Shown piece by piece: positions 18,821 through 28,606 of a DNA stretch of 64,000 bases. The stretch's first letter is position 1, and each line of letters begins with the position of its first letter. The notes beneath the pieces were generated by a model that worked only from the letters and a program-made list of their open reading frames with translations, made no database searches and was not told the DNA's origin. The position numbers and the translations under genes were made by a program. Origin of the DNA: an uncultured Actinomycetes bacterium (GTDB taxonomy: Bacteria; Actinomycetota; Thermoleophilia; UBA2241); assembly GCA_963767005.1 (NCBI GenBank), contig CAVYCN010000019.1:32001-96000 (forward strand), read 5' to 3'.

Positions 18821-18848
18821 CAGGTGCGTGGCTTCGCTACGCGCCTAG
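18821..18848. repeat. Short copy of the dispersed hairpin repeat overlapping the sigma-factor stop codon
   Basis: CAGGTGCGTGGCTTCGCTACGCGCCTAG forms a stem-loop; its CTA at 18845-18847 is the gene's TAG. Confidence 0.7.
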
Positions 18849-19819
18849 TCGAGGCACTCGCGCAGGCGCTGCGTATCGCCGCAACTGCGCAGCTTGGCGA
18901 GCGTCTTCGCCTCGATCTGGCGGATGCGCTCGCGCGTGAGGCCGAAGCGCTGGCCGACCTCGTCGAGGGTGCGCGGCCGGTCGTCGCGCAGGCCGTAGCG
19001 CAGCTCGATCACGCTGCGCTCGCGGTGCGTGAGGCCGGCGAGGACCTCTTTGAGCTGCTCGCGGCGCAGCACCTCGCCGACGGCCTCGACAGGCGCCACC
19101 GCGGTGGCGTCCTCGATGAGCTCACCGATCTCGGAGTCGCCGTTGGCGCCGGCCGGCGTCTCGAGGCTGACCGGCTGCTGGCTGATCGTGAGCATCTCGT
19201 GCACGCGCTCGACCTCGACGCCGAGCTCGGCCGCCACCTCGTCGGCGGTCGGCTCGCGCCCGAGCTCGCGGGTGAGCTCGCGCTGCACGCGCAGCAGGCC
19301 GCCCATCTTCTCGGTCATGTGCACCGGGATGCGGATCGTGCGCGCCTGATCGGCGATGCCGCGGGTGATCGCCTGACGGATCCACCAGGTGGCGTAGGTC
19401 GAGAACTTGTAGCCGCGCCGGTAGTCGAACTTCTCGACGGCGCGCACGAGGCCGAGATTGCCCTCCTGGATGAGATCGAGCAGCGGGATGCCGCGACCCA
19501 CGTAGCGCTTGGCGATCGACACGACGAGGCGCAGGTTGGCTTCGGTCAGCTTGCGCTTGGCTTCCATGTCGCCGCGCTCGATGCGCTTGGCCAGGCAGAC
19601 CTCTTCGTCGGCCGTGAGCAGCCGCACCCTGCCGATCTCGCGCAGGTACTCGCGCACGGCGTCGACGGCGGTCGGGGGCGCCGCACGTACCACGGGGGCA
19701 TCGGCCGCCGGGGCGCTGCGCAGACGGCCGTTCGAACCGAGGGCCGCCATCTCGTGCCAGCCGTCGTCGTTCGTCCGGTTCTCAGTCTCGGCGCCCTCAC
19801 CGGTATGCCACCTGTGCAT
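18845..19819 (-). CDS. RNA polymerase sigma-70 factor, RpoD/SigA-like but lacking an acidic region 1.1 (group 2-like)
   Basis: [17 protein letters not shown] (1.2), [49 protein letters not shown] (2) and TRERIRQIE (4.2). Confidence 0.93.
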   Translation of the reverse strand: MHRWHTGEGAETENRTNDDGWHEMAALGSNGRLRSAPAADAPVVRAAPPTAVDAVREYLREIGRVRLLTADEEVCLAKRIERGDMEAKRKLTEANLRLVVSIAKRYVGRGIPLLDLIQEGNLGLVRAVEKFDYRRGYKFSTYATWWIRQAITRGIADQARTIRIPVHMTEKMGGLLRVQRELTRELGREPTADEVAAELGVEVERVHEMLTISQQPVSLETPAGANGDSEIGELIEDATAVAPVEAVGEVLRREQLKEVLAGLTHRERSVIELRYGLRDDRPRTLDEVGQRFGLTRERIRQIEAKTLAKLRSCGDTQRLRECLD

Positions 19820-20095
19820 GCGCATCGCTCCTTGCCCGCGGCCGTGCCGCTTCGTCGTCTTCGCACGACCCACGATACCAGTGGTCGGCAGCTACTCCTT
19901 CTGCTCTTAACAACCCTTAACGGGCGGCCGGCATCACCCTTAACGAAGACGCCTCGTCATCCCCTCGCGATCGATCGTTGCGACAAATCCGTCGTCCGCC
20001 CGGACGACGAACTGCAGGCGCTCTGGGTGAGCGGCCGCCGCGTCAGCCGGGCGACCGACGGCGGGCGCCGGCCACCGCGAGCCCGGCGCCCCGGG

Positions 20096-21598
20096 TCAGG
20101 GGACCGACACGCAGGTGGTCGCCAGGCTCAGCATCTGCCGGTTGCTGAGCTCTTCGTCGAGCGTGTTGGCGATCCAGTAGGCGACGCCACCGCGCTGCCA
20201 GGCGACCATGGTGAGATGGGCGCCGTCGTAGTAAAGCGAGTAGGTGCGTCCGCCGATGGTGCGGGTCGCATCGGGGTTCGCCAGGATCGGCGCACCCGGC
20301 CAGGCGATGGCCTGCACGTCCCAAAAGCCGCCCTGCGGCGTCGTGCCGACCACGACGGCGGCGCGCGCGCTGCCCGCGCCGGTCGGCACACCGTAGGCGC
20401 GGAAGTCGTCGTATCCGAGGCCCGCCGGCAGGCCGGCCGGCATGAAGAGCGTCAGACCGGCGTGACGCTGCAAGGTGCGCCACTGCGGCAGATGGACGGT
20501 GTCCGTGATCCTCACCGGGCGACGTGCGCCCGATCGGGCTGTACCGCCCGCCGCGCCGGACCCTGCGCCCGCGCCATCGCCGTGCGAGCTCGTGGTCGTC
20601 CCCCCGCGCGGCGCCGGCGTCGGGTGCAGGAACTGCCGCACGGCGGCGTGCACCTGCTGCGACGTCGCGACGACGTACGAGACGCCGTTGATGGTCGGCG
20701 TCGAGCCGTCGATGTGCGTCTGGTAGATGTGGTGAGTGTTCAGGCTCAGGGCCAGGGACACGATGCCGTAGAGCTTGCCGAGGCTCGAGATGTCCGAGGT
20801 CACGTTGTGCGACAGGATGCTCATCACCGACAAGAAGCGCGGCAGGCTCGTGAGCGTGGCCGAGCCGGCGAGCTCGCGCTTCATCTCGCGCAGGAACATC
20901 TGCTGGCGCACGATGCGCGTGAAGTCGCCGTTCTGATCGTGACGGAAGCGCACCCAGCCGAGCGCCTGCGCGCCGTTCAACCGCTGGTATCCGGGCTGGA
21001 TGTCGATCGACGCGTAGTTGGTGACCGCCGTGTTGTTGTAGTAGCGCCGGTCGATCATGAGGTAGGCCCCGCCGAGCTTGTTGACGACCTGCTTGAAGCC
21101 GTCGAAGTCGATGTCGACGAAGTCGTTGATCGGCACGCCGAGCAGGTGACGCACGACCTCGAGCGCCAGGCGGGCGCCGCCGAGCGAGTAGGCCGCATTG
21201 ATCTTGTTCTGGCCGTAGCCGGGGATCGTGACGAGCAGGTCGCGCGGCACCGAGAGCATCGAGACGCTGCCGGTCCGGGGGTCGAGCCGCACGAGGAGCA
21301 GCGTGTCGGAGCGCGCGCCGAGGTCGGGCTGGCCGGCGCGCCGGTCGCTGCCGATGATCAGGATGTCCACCGGCTTGCCCGACCGTGGCGCGGTGAGCTG
21401 CGAGGCCGCCGCCTTCACCTCGCCCGGGTCGTTGCGGGCGACCTGTCCCGCTGTGCGCTGCAGAAAGCCGGTGAGCGCGCCCGCCGTGGCCGCGACGAAG
21501 CAGACCACGGCCACGACGGCGATCCCCAGGACGCGCGTCCAAAGAACGGGGGACGCTCGGCGTCCCCCACGTGCGGTATATCGCTTGTAGGTCGCCAC
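20096..21598 (-). CDS. LCP (LytR-CpsA-Psr) family cell-wall glycopolymer ligase
   Basis: TM segment, then IGSDRR, RSDTLLLVRLD, SVPRD, KINAAYSLGG and RFRH..GDFTRIVRQQ. Confidence 0.92.
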   Translation of the reverse strand: MATYKRYTARGGRRASPVLWTRVLGIAVVAVVCFVAATAGALTGFLQRTAGQVARNDPGEVKAAASQLTAPRSGKPVDILIIGSDRRAGQPDLGARSDTLLLVRLDPRTGSVSMLSVPRDLLVTIPGYGQNKINAAYSLGGARLALEVVRHLLGVPINDFVDIDFDGFKQVVNKLGGAYLMIDRRYYNNTAVTNYASIDIQPGYQRLNGAQALGWVRFRHDQNGDFTRIVRQQMFLREMKRELAGSATLTSLPRFLSVMSILSHNVTSDISSLGKLYGIVSLALSLNTHHIYQTHIDGSTPTINGVSYVVATSQQVHAAVRQFLHPTPAPRGGTTTSSHGDGAGAGSGAAGGTARSGARRPVRITDTVHLPQWRTLQRHAGLTLFMPAGLPAGLGYDDFRAYGVPTGAGSARAAVVVGTTPQGGFWDVQAIAWPGAPILANPDATRTIGGRTYSLYYDGAHLTMVAWQRGGVAYWIANTLDEELSNRQMLSLATTCVSVP

Positions 21599-21747
21599 TG
21601 TCGCGAGTTCCTTCGCCGTCGGGCGACCCCCGAGCCCTTGCAGACGGTTCTACCCCTCACGCCTGGCCGACAGTCTGTTCGAGCCGCGGAGGAGCGCGCC
21701 GGACGTCGGCCGGCGCGAGTGCGACGCGGCCCGCGGCGTCAGACCGG

Positions 21748-23349
21748 TCAGGGCGCGGTCGGCAGGGAGTGCTCGGGGACCTGCCGGCCGCGGGCCGCGT
21801 AGTCGACGATCATCGCGTCGGTGATCCACTCGATCGGCGCGCGGTCGTCGGTCCAGGGCCTGGTCGCCGGGGCGACGCCGCGCATCTGCGCCGCCAGCAG
21901 CCGGGTGAGCGGGCGCACCGCCGCCGGCACGCCGGCGGCAGCGAGGCGCCGGCGCAGCTCGGCGAGCGGCGCCGGCGCCGACAGACCCACCACGAGGTCG
22001 TTGAAGCGCAGCGCCGGCCACACCACGACCTCGGGGAACTCGGTCGCCAGAGTGCCGGCGATACCGTCGACGAGGCGCGGGTCACCGGGCACCGTCGAGA
22101 CGTTCAGAGCGACGATCCCGCCCGGAGCGAGGCGCTCGCGACAGAGCGCGAAGAACTGCTGCGTGGCGAGGTAGAACGGCACGTAGGGCTGGCGGTAGGC
22201 GTCGACCATGATCAGGTCGTACCGCTTGCGTGTCGCCCGCAGGTACGGCCGCGCGTCGGCCGTGTAGACCGTCAGGCGCGGCAAGTCGGCCATGCCGAAG
22301 TAGCGCCGCGCGACGGCCGTGACCTGCGGGTCGATCTCGACGCCGTCGTAGGCCACCGCCGGATAGAGCGTGCCGAAGGCACGCGCCGTGGTGCCGGCGG
22401 CGTTGCCCAGCATGACAACGCGACGCGCCGGATGGCCGAGCAGGGCCGGCAGCGCCAGGAACATGTCCCACTCGCCGCCGGTGAACACGCTGCCGGGACG
22501 CCATTCCGAGTGCACCGCGTAGCCCTCGTTCAGGTAGAGATAGCGCACCGCATGCGCTCCTCGTCCCTGCTGCACGACCTCGATGAACTGGTAGCGCGAC
22601 TCGCCCTCGTAGATCACGCCCGGCTCGGGCTTGACGAGGCCGGCCGGCAGGGCCAGCAGCAGGGCGACGGCGAGACCGGCCACGAGCCAGCGCCGGCCGA
22701 GCAGCAGGGCGGCCGCGAGGGCCACGACGGTGGCGGCGCCGAGCAGCGTGCGCTGCGTGCCGATCAGCGGGATCGTGAGCAGGGCCGGCACGAAGGTGCC
22801 GAGCAGGCTGCCGGCGGTCGAGAGGGCGAAGACGCGGCCGGCGACCACGCCGGCCGCGGCGACGTCGGTCACGGCCAGGCGCACGGCGAACGGCGTGACC
22901 ATGCCGAGCAGCACGACCGGCGGCGCAAAGAGCAGCAGCGACGCGAAGAACGAACCGACCACCGCGCCCACCGACAGGCTCGCGAGGCCGCCGATCGAGA
23001 GGTCGAGAAAGGGCCGCGCGACGAACGGCAGGGCGGCGACCAGGGTCGCGGCGGCCAGCACCACGAAGCCCAGCAGGCGCGGGCTCGGCCGGCGGTCGGC
23101 CAGGCGCCCGCCGAGCCAGTAGCCCAGGGCGAGCGCGGCGAGGATCAGACCGATGATGTTCGCCCAGACCACGGTCGAGGAGCCGTAGAAGGGCGCCAGC
23201 AGGCGCGAGGCGCAGATCTCGGTGGCCATCGAACCGGTGCCGGCCAGAAAGACCAGGGCCAGGACGGCGCGCGGGCGCGCCGGGGCCGGTGTGGCGAGCG
23301 GCGCGACGGGAGCGGGAGGCGGCGCCGCGGCGAGCTCCGCCGTCGCCAT
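21748..23349 (-). CDS. Fused MFS-like membrane domain / spermidine synthase-like methyltransferase
   Basis: About 7 TMs (EI.ASRLLAPFYGSS.VVW...IG), then ESRYQFIEV, MLGNAAGT, VEIDP and DAR..L.....YDLIMVDAY. Confidence 0.88.
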   Translation of the reverse strand: MATAELAAAPPPAPVAPLATPAPARPRAVLALVFLAGTGSMATEICASRLLAPFYGSSTVVWANIIGLILAALALGYWLGGRLADRRPSPRLLGFVVLAAATLVAALPFVARPFLDLSIGGLASLSVGAVVGSFFASLLLFAPPVVLLGMVTPFAVRLAVTDVAAAGVVAGRVFALSTAGSLLGTFVPALLTIPLIGTQRTLLGAATVVALAAALLLGRRWLVAGLAVALLLALPAGLVKPEPGVIYEGESRYQFIEVVQQGRGAHAVRYLYLNEGYAVHSEWRPGSVFTGGEWDMFLALPALLGHPARRVVMLGNAAGTTARAFGTLYPAVAYDGVEIDPQVTAVARRYFGMADLPRLTVYTADARPYLRATRKRYDLIMVDAYRQPYVPFYLATQQFFALCRERLAPGGIVALNVSTVPGDPRLVDGIAGTLATEFPEVVVWPALRFNDLVVGLSAPAPLAELRRRLAAAGVPAAVRPLTRLLAAQMRGVAPATRPWTDDRAPIEWITDAMIVDYAARGRQVPEHSLPTAP

Positions 23350-24275
23350 CAGGCCGCCTTGCGGCGGCCGCCCTTGCCGCGCTTCGAGCGCGCCTTGCCG
23401 CCGGCCGACCCGCCGGACTCGCCCCCCGCCGCGGTGGCGCCGCCCACGCCCTCGCCGCCGGTCGTGCCGCCGTCGTCGCCGCTCGCCCGGCGCACCTCGT
23501 CGACGCTGCGCTTGAGCAGCGCCATGATGTCGATCACCTGGCCGCCGCCCTCGGGCTCGCCGGCGGCCACCGCCTCGACGTGCCCGGTACGCTCCTTCTC
23601 GGCGATGACCCGCATGAGGTCCTCGCGGTACTCGTCGCGGTAGGCGTCGGGGTCCCAGTGCGTCGTCATCGCCTCGATCAGCTGCTGCGCCATGACGGCC
23701 TCGGGCCCGGTCACGCCGAGCGACTCGAGATCGCCCTCGGGTACGTCGAGCTCACTCGGGTCGCGCAGCTCGGAGGCGTAGCGCAGCGTCTCGAGAACGA
23801 GCACGTCGCCGCGCGCGACGATCGCGCAGAGGTAGCCCTTTGTGCGGATCACAACGCGGGCGATCGCCACCCGCCCGGTGTCGCGCAGCACGGCGCGCAG
23901 CAGCGCGTAGCCCTTCTTGCCCGAGCCCGTGGGCGCCAGGTAGTAGGGCCGCTCGAAGTAGGTCACGTCGATCTCGTCGGCCGCTACGAAGCCGAGGATG
24001 TCGACGGTCTGCGTCGCCTTCGGGTTGGCCGCCTTGATCTCGTCGTCGGTGATGACGACGTACTGCCCGCCGCCGGTGTCGTAGCCCCGCACGATCTCCT
24101 CGTAGGGGACCTCGCTGCCGGTCTTCTCGTCGACGCGCTTCTCGCGCACGCGGCTCATGGTGCGCCGGTCGAGCTGGTTGAAGCGCAGCTCGTCGCGCCG
24201 CTCGGCCGAGTACAGCCCGACCGGCACGTTGACGAGTCCGAAGCTGATGGCGCCTTTCCAGATCGATCTGGCCAT
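23349..24275 (-). CDS. ku: Ku protein (non-homologous end joining)
   Basis: MARSIWKGAISFGLVNVPV, YFERPYYL, YRDEYRE and VIDIMALLKRSV, with a basic tail. Confidence 0.96.
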   Translation of the reverse strand: MARSIWKGAISFGLVNVPVGLYSAERRDELRFNQLDRRTMSRVREKRVDEKTGSEVPYEEIVRGYDTGGGQYVVITDDEIKAANPKATQTVDILGFVAADEIDVTYFERPYYLAPTGSGKKGYALLRAVLRDTGRVAIARVVIRTKGYLCAIVARGDVLVLETLRYASELRDPSELDVPEGDLESLGVTGPEAVMAQQLIEAMTTHWDPDAYRDEYREDLMRVIAEKERTGHVEAVAAGEPEGGGQVIDIMALLKRSVDEVRRASGDDGGTTGGEGVGGATAAGGESGGSAGGKARSKRGKGGRRKAA

Positions 24276-24461
24276 GTCTCACCTCGTGGTCATGCCGCCG
24301 CCACGCGGCCGTGCCCGCGAGTGGCGAGATACCCCGAGCGGCCGCGTCCGACGACTGTTGGAGGGGCGCGGCCCCGGTCGGCGCAGGCATGAACGACGAC
24401 GATGGACGGGCGCGGCCCGTGGGCAGGCGTGGAGCGAGCCGCGCCCGGGCATCAACGCGCC

Positions 24462-24833
24462 ATGGACGTCGCGCCGGACACCGCCCAGAGCTCGACCGCG
24501 AACGCTGCGCCACCCGCGGTCGGCGGCGCCGAGTCCAGCGTCGAGGTGGTCGCCGGACCCGGCGTCGCCGAGTTCGTGACCGCGGGCGGCGGCCGGCTCT
24601 ACGTCTGGGTAGAGGAGCATCGCTGCTGCACCGGCGGTCTTGCGCTGCTCGAAGCCGACGTGTCGCCGCGCCCCGGACGGCCGCCTGCGGGCACGCTGCT
24701 GCCGGTCGAGGGGTTCGAGCTGCGCCTGGACGCAGCGCGACACGGCCTGCCCCGCAAGCTCGTCCTCGAGCTGGGGCGCCGCGGTCGTCGCGTGCGCGCC
24801 TTCTGGAACGGCTGCGCCTTCGTCATCGACTGA
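24462..24833 (+). CDS. Small hypothetical protein with a CC motif (possibly HesB/DUF779-like)
   Basis: FVTAGGGRLYVW..HRCCTGG...RAFWNGCAFV; fills the gap between Ku and the anti-sigma-like gene. Start uncertain (24402 or 24462). Confidence 0.55.
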   Translation: MDVAPDTAQSSTANAAPPAVGGAESSVEVVAGPGVAEFVTAGGGRLYVWVEEHRCCTGGLALLEADVSPRPGRPPAGTLLPVEGFELRLDAARHGLPRKLVLELGRRGRRVRAFWNGCAFVID

Positions 24834-24900
24834 CGGACGGCAGCGACACGCGGCCGGGCGAGCGGCACGCTCCGCCCGGCCGCGTGTCGCGACTCTGTAC

Positions 24901-26418
24901 CTACTGAAGCGGCTGCAGTGAGTTCGCCACGCCCAGCAACTCGTCGCGAGTGAGGTCGCCCGAGACCGTCACCAGCGTGCCGTCGTGCCAGGCCCACAGG
25001 TGCGGCGTGTCGAGCAGCGGCATCACGAGGTAGGCGGTGACGCCCTGCCAAGCGCCGCCCGAGAGCGTGACCGTGTCGGGCGTGCCGGTCGCCTCCAGGC
25101 TGTCCGCCGGCGTACCGCCCACGAACGGATCGGTCAGCAGGAGGTCGGCCGGCGCGGGACCGCCCGCGGGCTGCCGGCGGGTGGTGACCATGACATGGAG
25201 CAGGCCCGCGCGATAGCTCAGCTGGGTGACGTCGTGGCTCTCGGGCCAGTAGTCCGGCTTGTAGCCGACCGACGTCCAGAAGGGGAACCGCGAGCTCGGC
25301 GCCACGGCCGCGGCGAAGGCCGAGAAGCCGCTCGGCAGCCGGCTCGGCGCCAGGGGAGGCGTCGCGAACGCGTGAGCGGCGGCGGCGAACGAGACGTGAC
25401 GGAAGCGCTCCCCGACGGTGCTGACCTTCGTCCCCGCCGGTAGCTTCAGCTCGAACACGCCGTCGCCGAGCGGTGCGTCGACCCGGATGTTCGTGAGACG
25501 GTCCTCCTGCACGACCTCGCCGCGCAGCAGGTAGCTCGTGTCGACGACCAGCCAGGTCCTCTGGTCGACCACGATCCGCACGGTATCGAAGAGATGCGCG
25601 CCCATGTCGAGGCCCGCGATGGAGACGGGGGCGATGGCGACCGACAGGCTGAGCGCCGGCCGTCCCTCGAAGGTCGTCTTCGCGACCTGGCCGCGGGCCA
25701 TGACGGCGAGGTTCGCCGGCTGCCTGAAGCCGACGTCGTACCAGATGCCGACCGAGTACGAGGAGACCGACCGGTCCAGGCCGTTTACCGAGGACCCGGC
25801 CTGGAGCGGGTAGCCCGTCATCACGTGGTCGGTCCGCTCAGACGAATCGTAGTTCGCAAGGACGCCCGTGACCTCGTTGCCGGTGTACCAGTCAAAAACG
25901 CCCTCGCCCTCGGGAGTGTCGAAACGCCAGCGCCCATCGGCGTCGACCACGATGGGATCGGCGACGCCGCCCTGCAGTCGACCGATCCGGGCGCGCGCCC
26001 ACCAGTCGGCGGTAGTCCAGCCGGCCTGCCACTCCGCCTTGGGCGGCCCGGTGACCTGGCGGTAGGACTCGACTTCGTCGGCGCGCAGCGTGCGGATCTC
26101 GCTGAGCGCGGCACGCACGTTGGCGACCACCTCGGCGGCCGAGGCGACCGGCGGCTGGCTCAGCTCGGCCACGGTGTGCCTGGTCGCGGCATAGCCGACG
26201 GCCGCCCCGAGCACGACGGCGGCGGCCGCAAGCGTGGCCACCAGGCGCACGCGACGGCGCACCCGCGGCGTCACCGCCGCCGCCGGCCGGTCGAGGCCGG
26301 CCTCATCCCGGTCGCGGCCCGCGTCCGCGCGGATCGCCGCCCAGAGGCGCTCCTCGAACCCGGGGCCGTGATCGGGCGGAGCCCCATCCTGGCGCAAGAT
26401 CTGTGCCAGATCCTTCAT
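24901..26418 (-). CDS. Membrane-anchored protein coupled to the ECF sigma (putative anti-sigma with LolA/RseB-like extracellular domain)
   Basis: Short cytoplasmic N-terminus (PPDHGPGFEERLW), one TM and a beta-rich ectodomain (IVVDQRTWLV...TNIRVD.P..D..F); ATGA overlap with the sigma gene. Confidence 0.65.
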   Translation of the reverse strand: MKDLAQILRQDGAPPDHGPGFEERLWAAIRADAGRDRDEAGLDRPAAAVTPRVRRRVRLVATLAAAAVVLGAAVGYAATRHTVAELSQPPVASAAEVVANVRAALSEIRTLRADEVESYRQVTGPPKAEWQAGWTTADWWARARIGRLQGGVADPIVVDADGRWRFDTPEGEGVFDWYTGNEVTGVLANYDSSERTDHVMTGYPLQAGSSVNGLDRSVSSYSVGIWYDVGFRQPANLAVMARGQVAKTTFEGRPALSLSVAIAPVSIAGLDMGAHLFDTVRIVVDQRTWLVVDTSYLLRGEVVQEDRLTNIRVDAPLGDGVFELKLPAGTKVSTVGERFRHVSFAAAAHAFATPPLAPSRLPSGFSAFAAAVAPSSRFPFWTSVGYKPDYWPESHDVTQLSYRAGLLHVMVTTRRQPAGGPAPADLLLTDPFVGGTPADSLEATGTPDTVTLSGGAWQGVTAYLVMPLLDTPHLWAWHDGTLVTVSGDLTRDELLGVANSLQPLQ

Positions 26419-26975
26419 CGCGGCACTCCTCCTTGATCTTCGAGCGAGAGCTCCCGCACGAGCTGCTTTCGCGCCAGGGCGACCCTGCTTGCCACGGTCC
26501 CCGGCGGGACGCCGAGGATGCGGGCCGCTTCGGCATAGGTGTAGCCGTCACGCAGCACCAGCAGGACGGCCGCGCAGCGCTCCGGCGGCAGCGCCACGAG
26601 CGCGCGATGGAGCTGATCGCGGAGCGCCGCGTCGTCGTCGAGCGCGGCGTGCGCCGCGGGCATGGCTTCCAGGTCGCGTAGCGCGGTGAGCGGCGCACGT
26701 TGGCGTTGCCGCAGCGTGTCGAGGCACGTCGTCAACACGATGCGATACAGCCAGGTCGCAAGCGACGACTCTCCGCGGAACGAGCCGAGGCGGCGGTGGG
26801 CCTTGACGTAGGCGTCCTGGAGCGCGTCGTCCATGGCGTCGCGGCTGCCGAGCAGGTGGTAGGCGAGGGCGCGCAGACGCTCGTCGGCGTGCGCGATCAT
26901 GGCGGCGAACTCCGCCTCGGTCACCTCGTGTCCAGGGACCCACGTCCTCGCCCCTGCGGCATGTCGCTCCAGCAC
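26415..26975 (-). CDS. ECF-type RNA polymerase sigma factor
   Basis: LAYHLLGSRDAMDDALQDAYVKAHRRLGSFRGESSLATWLYRI (region 2) and YTYAEAARILGVPPGTVASRVALAR (region 4). Confidence 0.92.
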   Translation of the reverse strand: MLERHAAGARTWVPGHEVTEAEFAAMIAHADERLRALAYHLLGSRDAMDDALQDAYVKAHRRLGSFRGESSLATWLYRIVLTTCLDTLRQRQRAPLTALRDLEAMPAAHAALDDDAALRDQLHRALVALPPERCAAVLLVLRDGYTYAEAARILGVPPGTVASRVALARKQLVRELSLEDQGGVPR

Positions 26976-27110
26976 GACCCCTCCGTATCGCGGTGCGCCC
27001 ACAGCTCGACCTCGCGTCGCAGGCTACGTCGCGCGGACCGCCTGCGGTAGCGATTGATCGTCCTTGCTGGATTGGACGTACGCGACCGCGCCGGATTTCA
27101 GGGGCTCACC

Positions 27111-28451
27111 TCAGTCGCTCTCACCGGGCAGCTGCGCCGCGAGGCCGTGCCCGCCGCCGAGGCGCCGCAGGTCGGCGCAGCTCCGCACGCCACTCACGCC
27201 CGCACTCGACACGCAGGCCCATTCGCGACGCAGGACCGGCACGGCCACGGCCACGCCGGCCAGCGCCACCGCGCCGACCAGCGCGAAGATGGCGCCGCCG
27301 ATCAGCCCGTACAGCGGCGGCGCCGTGAGCGTGCCGACCAGGGCGGCGAGCTGCATGGCGGTCTGTTCGACGCCCTGGACCGCCCCGAGCCGGCCCGGCG
27401 CCGCGACCTGGACCAGGAAGCCCTGCTTGGCCGGGAAGCCGACGGCGAAGGCCGCGCCGCCGACCAGCATGACGCCGAGGTAGACGCGCAGGTCGTGGGT
27501 GAGCGAGAACGGCACCCAGCTCGCGCCGACGACGGCGAAGCCCCACACCATGAGCGCGTAGCGGTTGGTGCGGTCGGCCAGATGGCCGCCGGCAAAGGAG
27601 AACGCCATGGGCAGGCTGAAGGCGATCCAGGTGAGGCCGATCACCTGCATCGGCGCGCCGATGCGCCGCAGCCAGAGGCTCCACACCACTTCCCAGGCGC
27701 CCGTCGCGAACTCGGCGGTCGCCACGACCACGATGATCGCGACCACCGGCCGCGTGAGGAGCGCGCGCAGAGGTGGGCCGGCCTCGCGCGAGGCGGGCTC
27801 CGCGAGACTGGGCCCGGACGCCCGGCGCGGCTCGCGCAGGAAGACGGCGAGCACCACGGCGACCACGGCGGTGAGCGCCGCCCCGAAGATGAAGATCGCG
27901 TCGAAGGCCCATCTGCCCTGGCCACCGCCCAGGGCGTAGAGCGGCCAGGCGAGCGCCGGCCCGACGATGAGCCCGCCGAACTGGGCCGACGTGAGCCAGC
28001 CATAAGCGCGGCCGCGATTCCCGTCGACCGTGATGTCGGCGATGAACGCCTGCGCCGCCGGCACGACGGCGGCCGTCCCGGTGCCCTCGACCAGGCGGAA
28101 GACGATGAACCAGAACGGGTCGGTGGTCGTCAGGAACAGTGCGGTGGCGGCAGCGTACAGGACGGTGCCGGCGATGATCATGGTCCGCCGCCCGACGCGG
28201 TCGCTCAGATGCCCGAACCAGCCCGACAGCGCGAAGACAGAGGCGAAGTAGGCGGCGGCGATCAGGGCGATCAGCGTGAGCGACGCGTGCGCCTGCTCGC
28301 GCAGGAAGATCGGCAGGTAGGGCATGATCGCGCCCGAGCCGAGCCAGACGGTGAAGTCGGTGACGGCGATCAGGGCGAGCTGCGAGCGACCCCGGCCAAA
28401 GCCGGGGGCACCGGTACCGCGCGTCTGTGTCCGCCGTGCGTGCGTCGCCAT
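27111..28451 (-). CDS. MFS transporter (DHA1/TetA-like)
   Basis: GHLSDRVGRR motif A, FRLVEG and RGRAYG; about 12 TMs. Confidence 0.88.
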   Translation of the reverse strand: MATHARRTQTRGTGAPGFGRGRSQLALIAVTDFTVWLGSGAIMPYLPIFLREQAHASLTLIALIAAAYFASVFALSGWFGHLSDRVGRRTMIIAGTVLYAAATALFLTTTDPFWFIVFRLVEGTGTAAVVPAAQAFIADITVDGNRGRAYGWLTSAQFGGLIVGPALAWPLYALGGGQGRWAFDAIFIFGAALTAVVAVVLAVFLREPRRASGPSLAEPASREAGPPLRALLTRPVVAIIVVVATAEFATGAWEVVWSLWLRRIGAPMQVIGLTWIAFSLPMAFSFAGGHLADRTNRYALMVWGFAVVGASWVPFSLTHDLRVYLGVMLVGGAAFAVGFPAKQGFLVQVAAPGRLGAVQGVEQTAMQLAALVGTLTAPPLYGLIGGAIFALVGAVALAGVAVAVPVLRREWACVSSAGVSGVRSCADLRRLGGGHGLAAQLPGESD

Positions 28452-28564
28452 CGGAGTCGTTCGATCGTCGACGCCGGGGGCGGCGTGACTTCGTCCGAAT
28501 CGCCGGCAAGGGACACGCCACCGCCCGGTCCGGGGGGGCCGTCGCGCTGCCGGCATCCCAGTCT

Positions 28565-28604
28565 CTTCCCCGCCGCCGGACGGGTGAATCCCGGCGCCGG
28601 GAAG
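28565..28604 (-). terminator. GC-rich hairpin after the inositol monophosphatase gene
   Basis: CTTCCC-CGCCGCCGGA...CCGGCGCC-GGGAAG imperfect stem immediately after the stop at 28607. Confidence 0.4.
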
Positions 28605-28606
28605 CT

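Noticed and set aside
24462-24833. CC-motif protein as a possible selenoprotein
   Set aside because: Both residues are ordinary TGC codons and there is no in-frame TGA.
28582-28590. GGGTGAATC resembling part of the c-di-AMP (ydaO) riboswitch
   Set aside because: The other conserved segments are absent, and it is the loop of a terminator-like hairpin.
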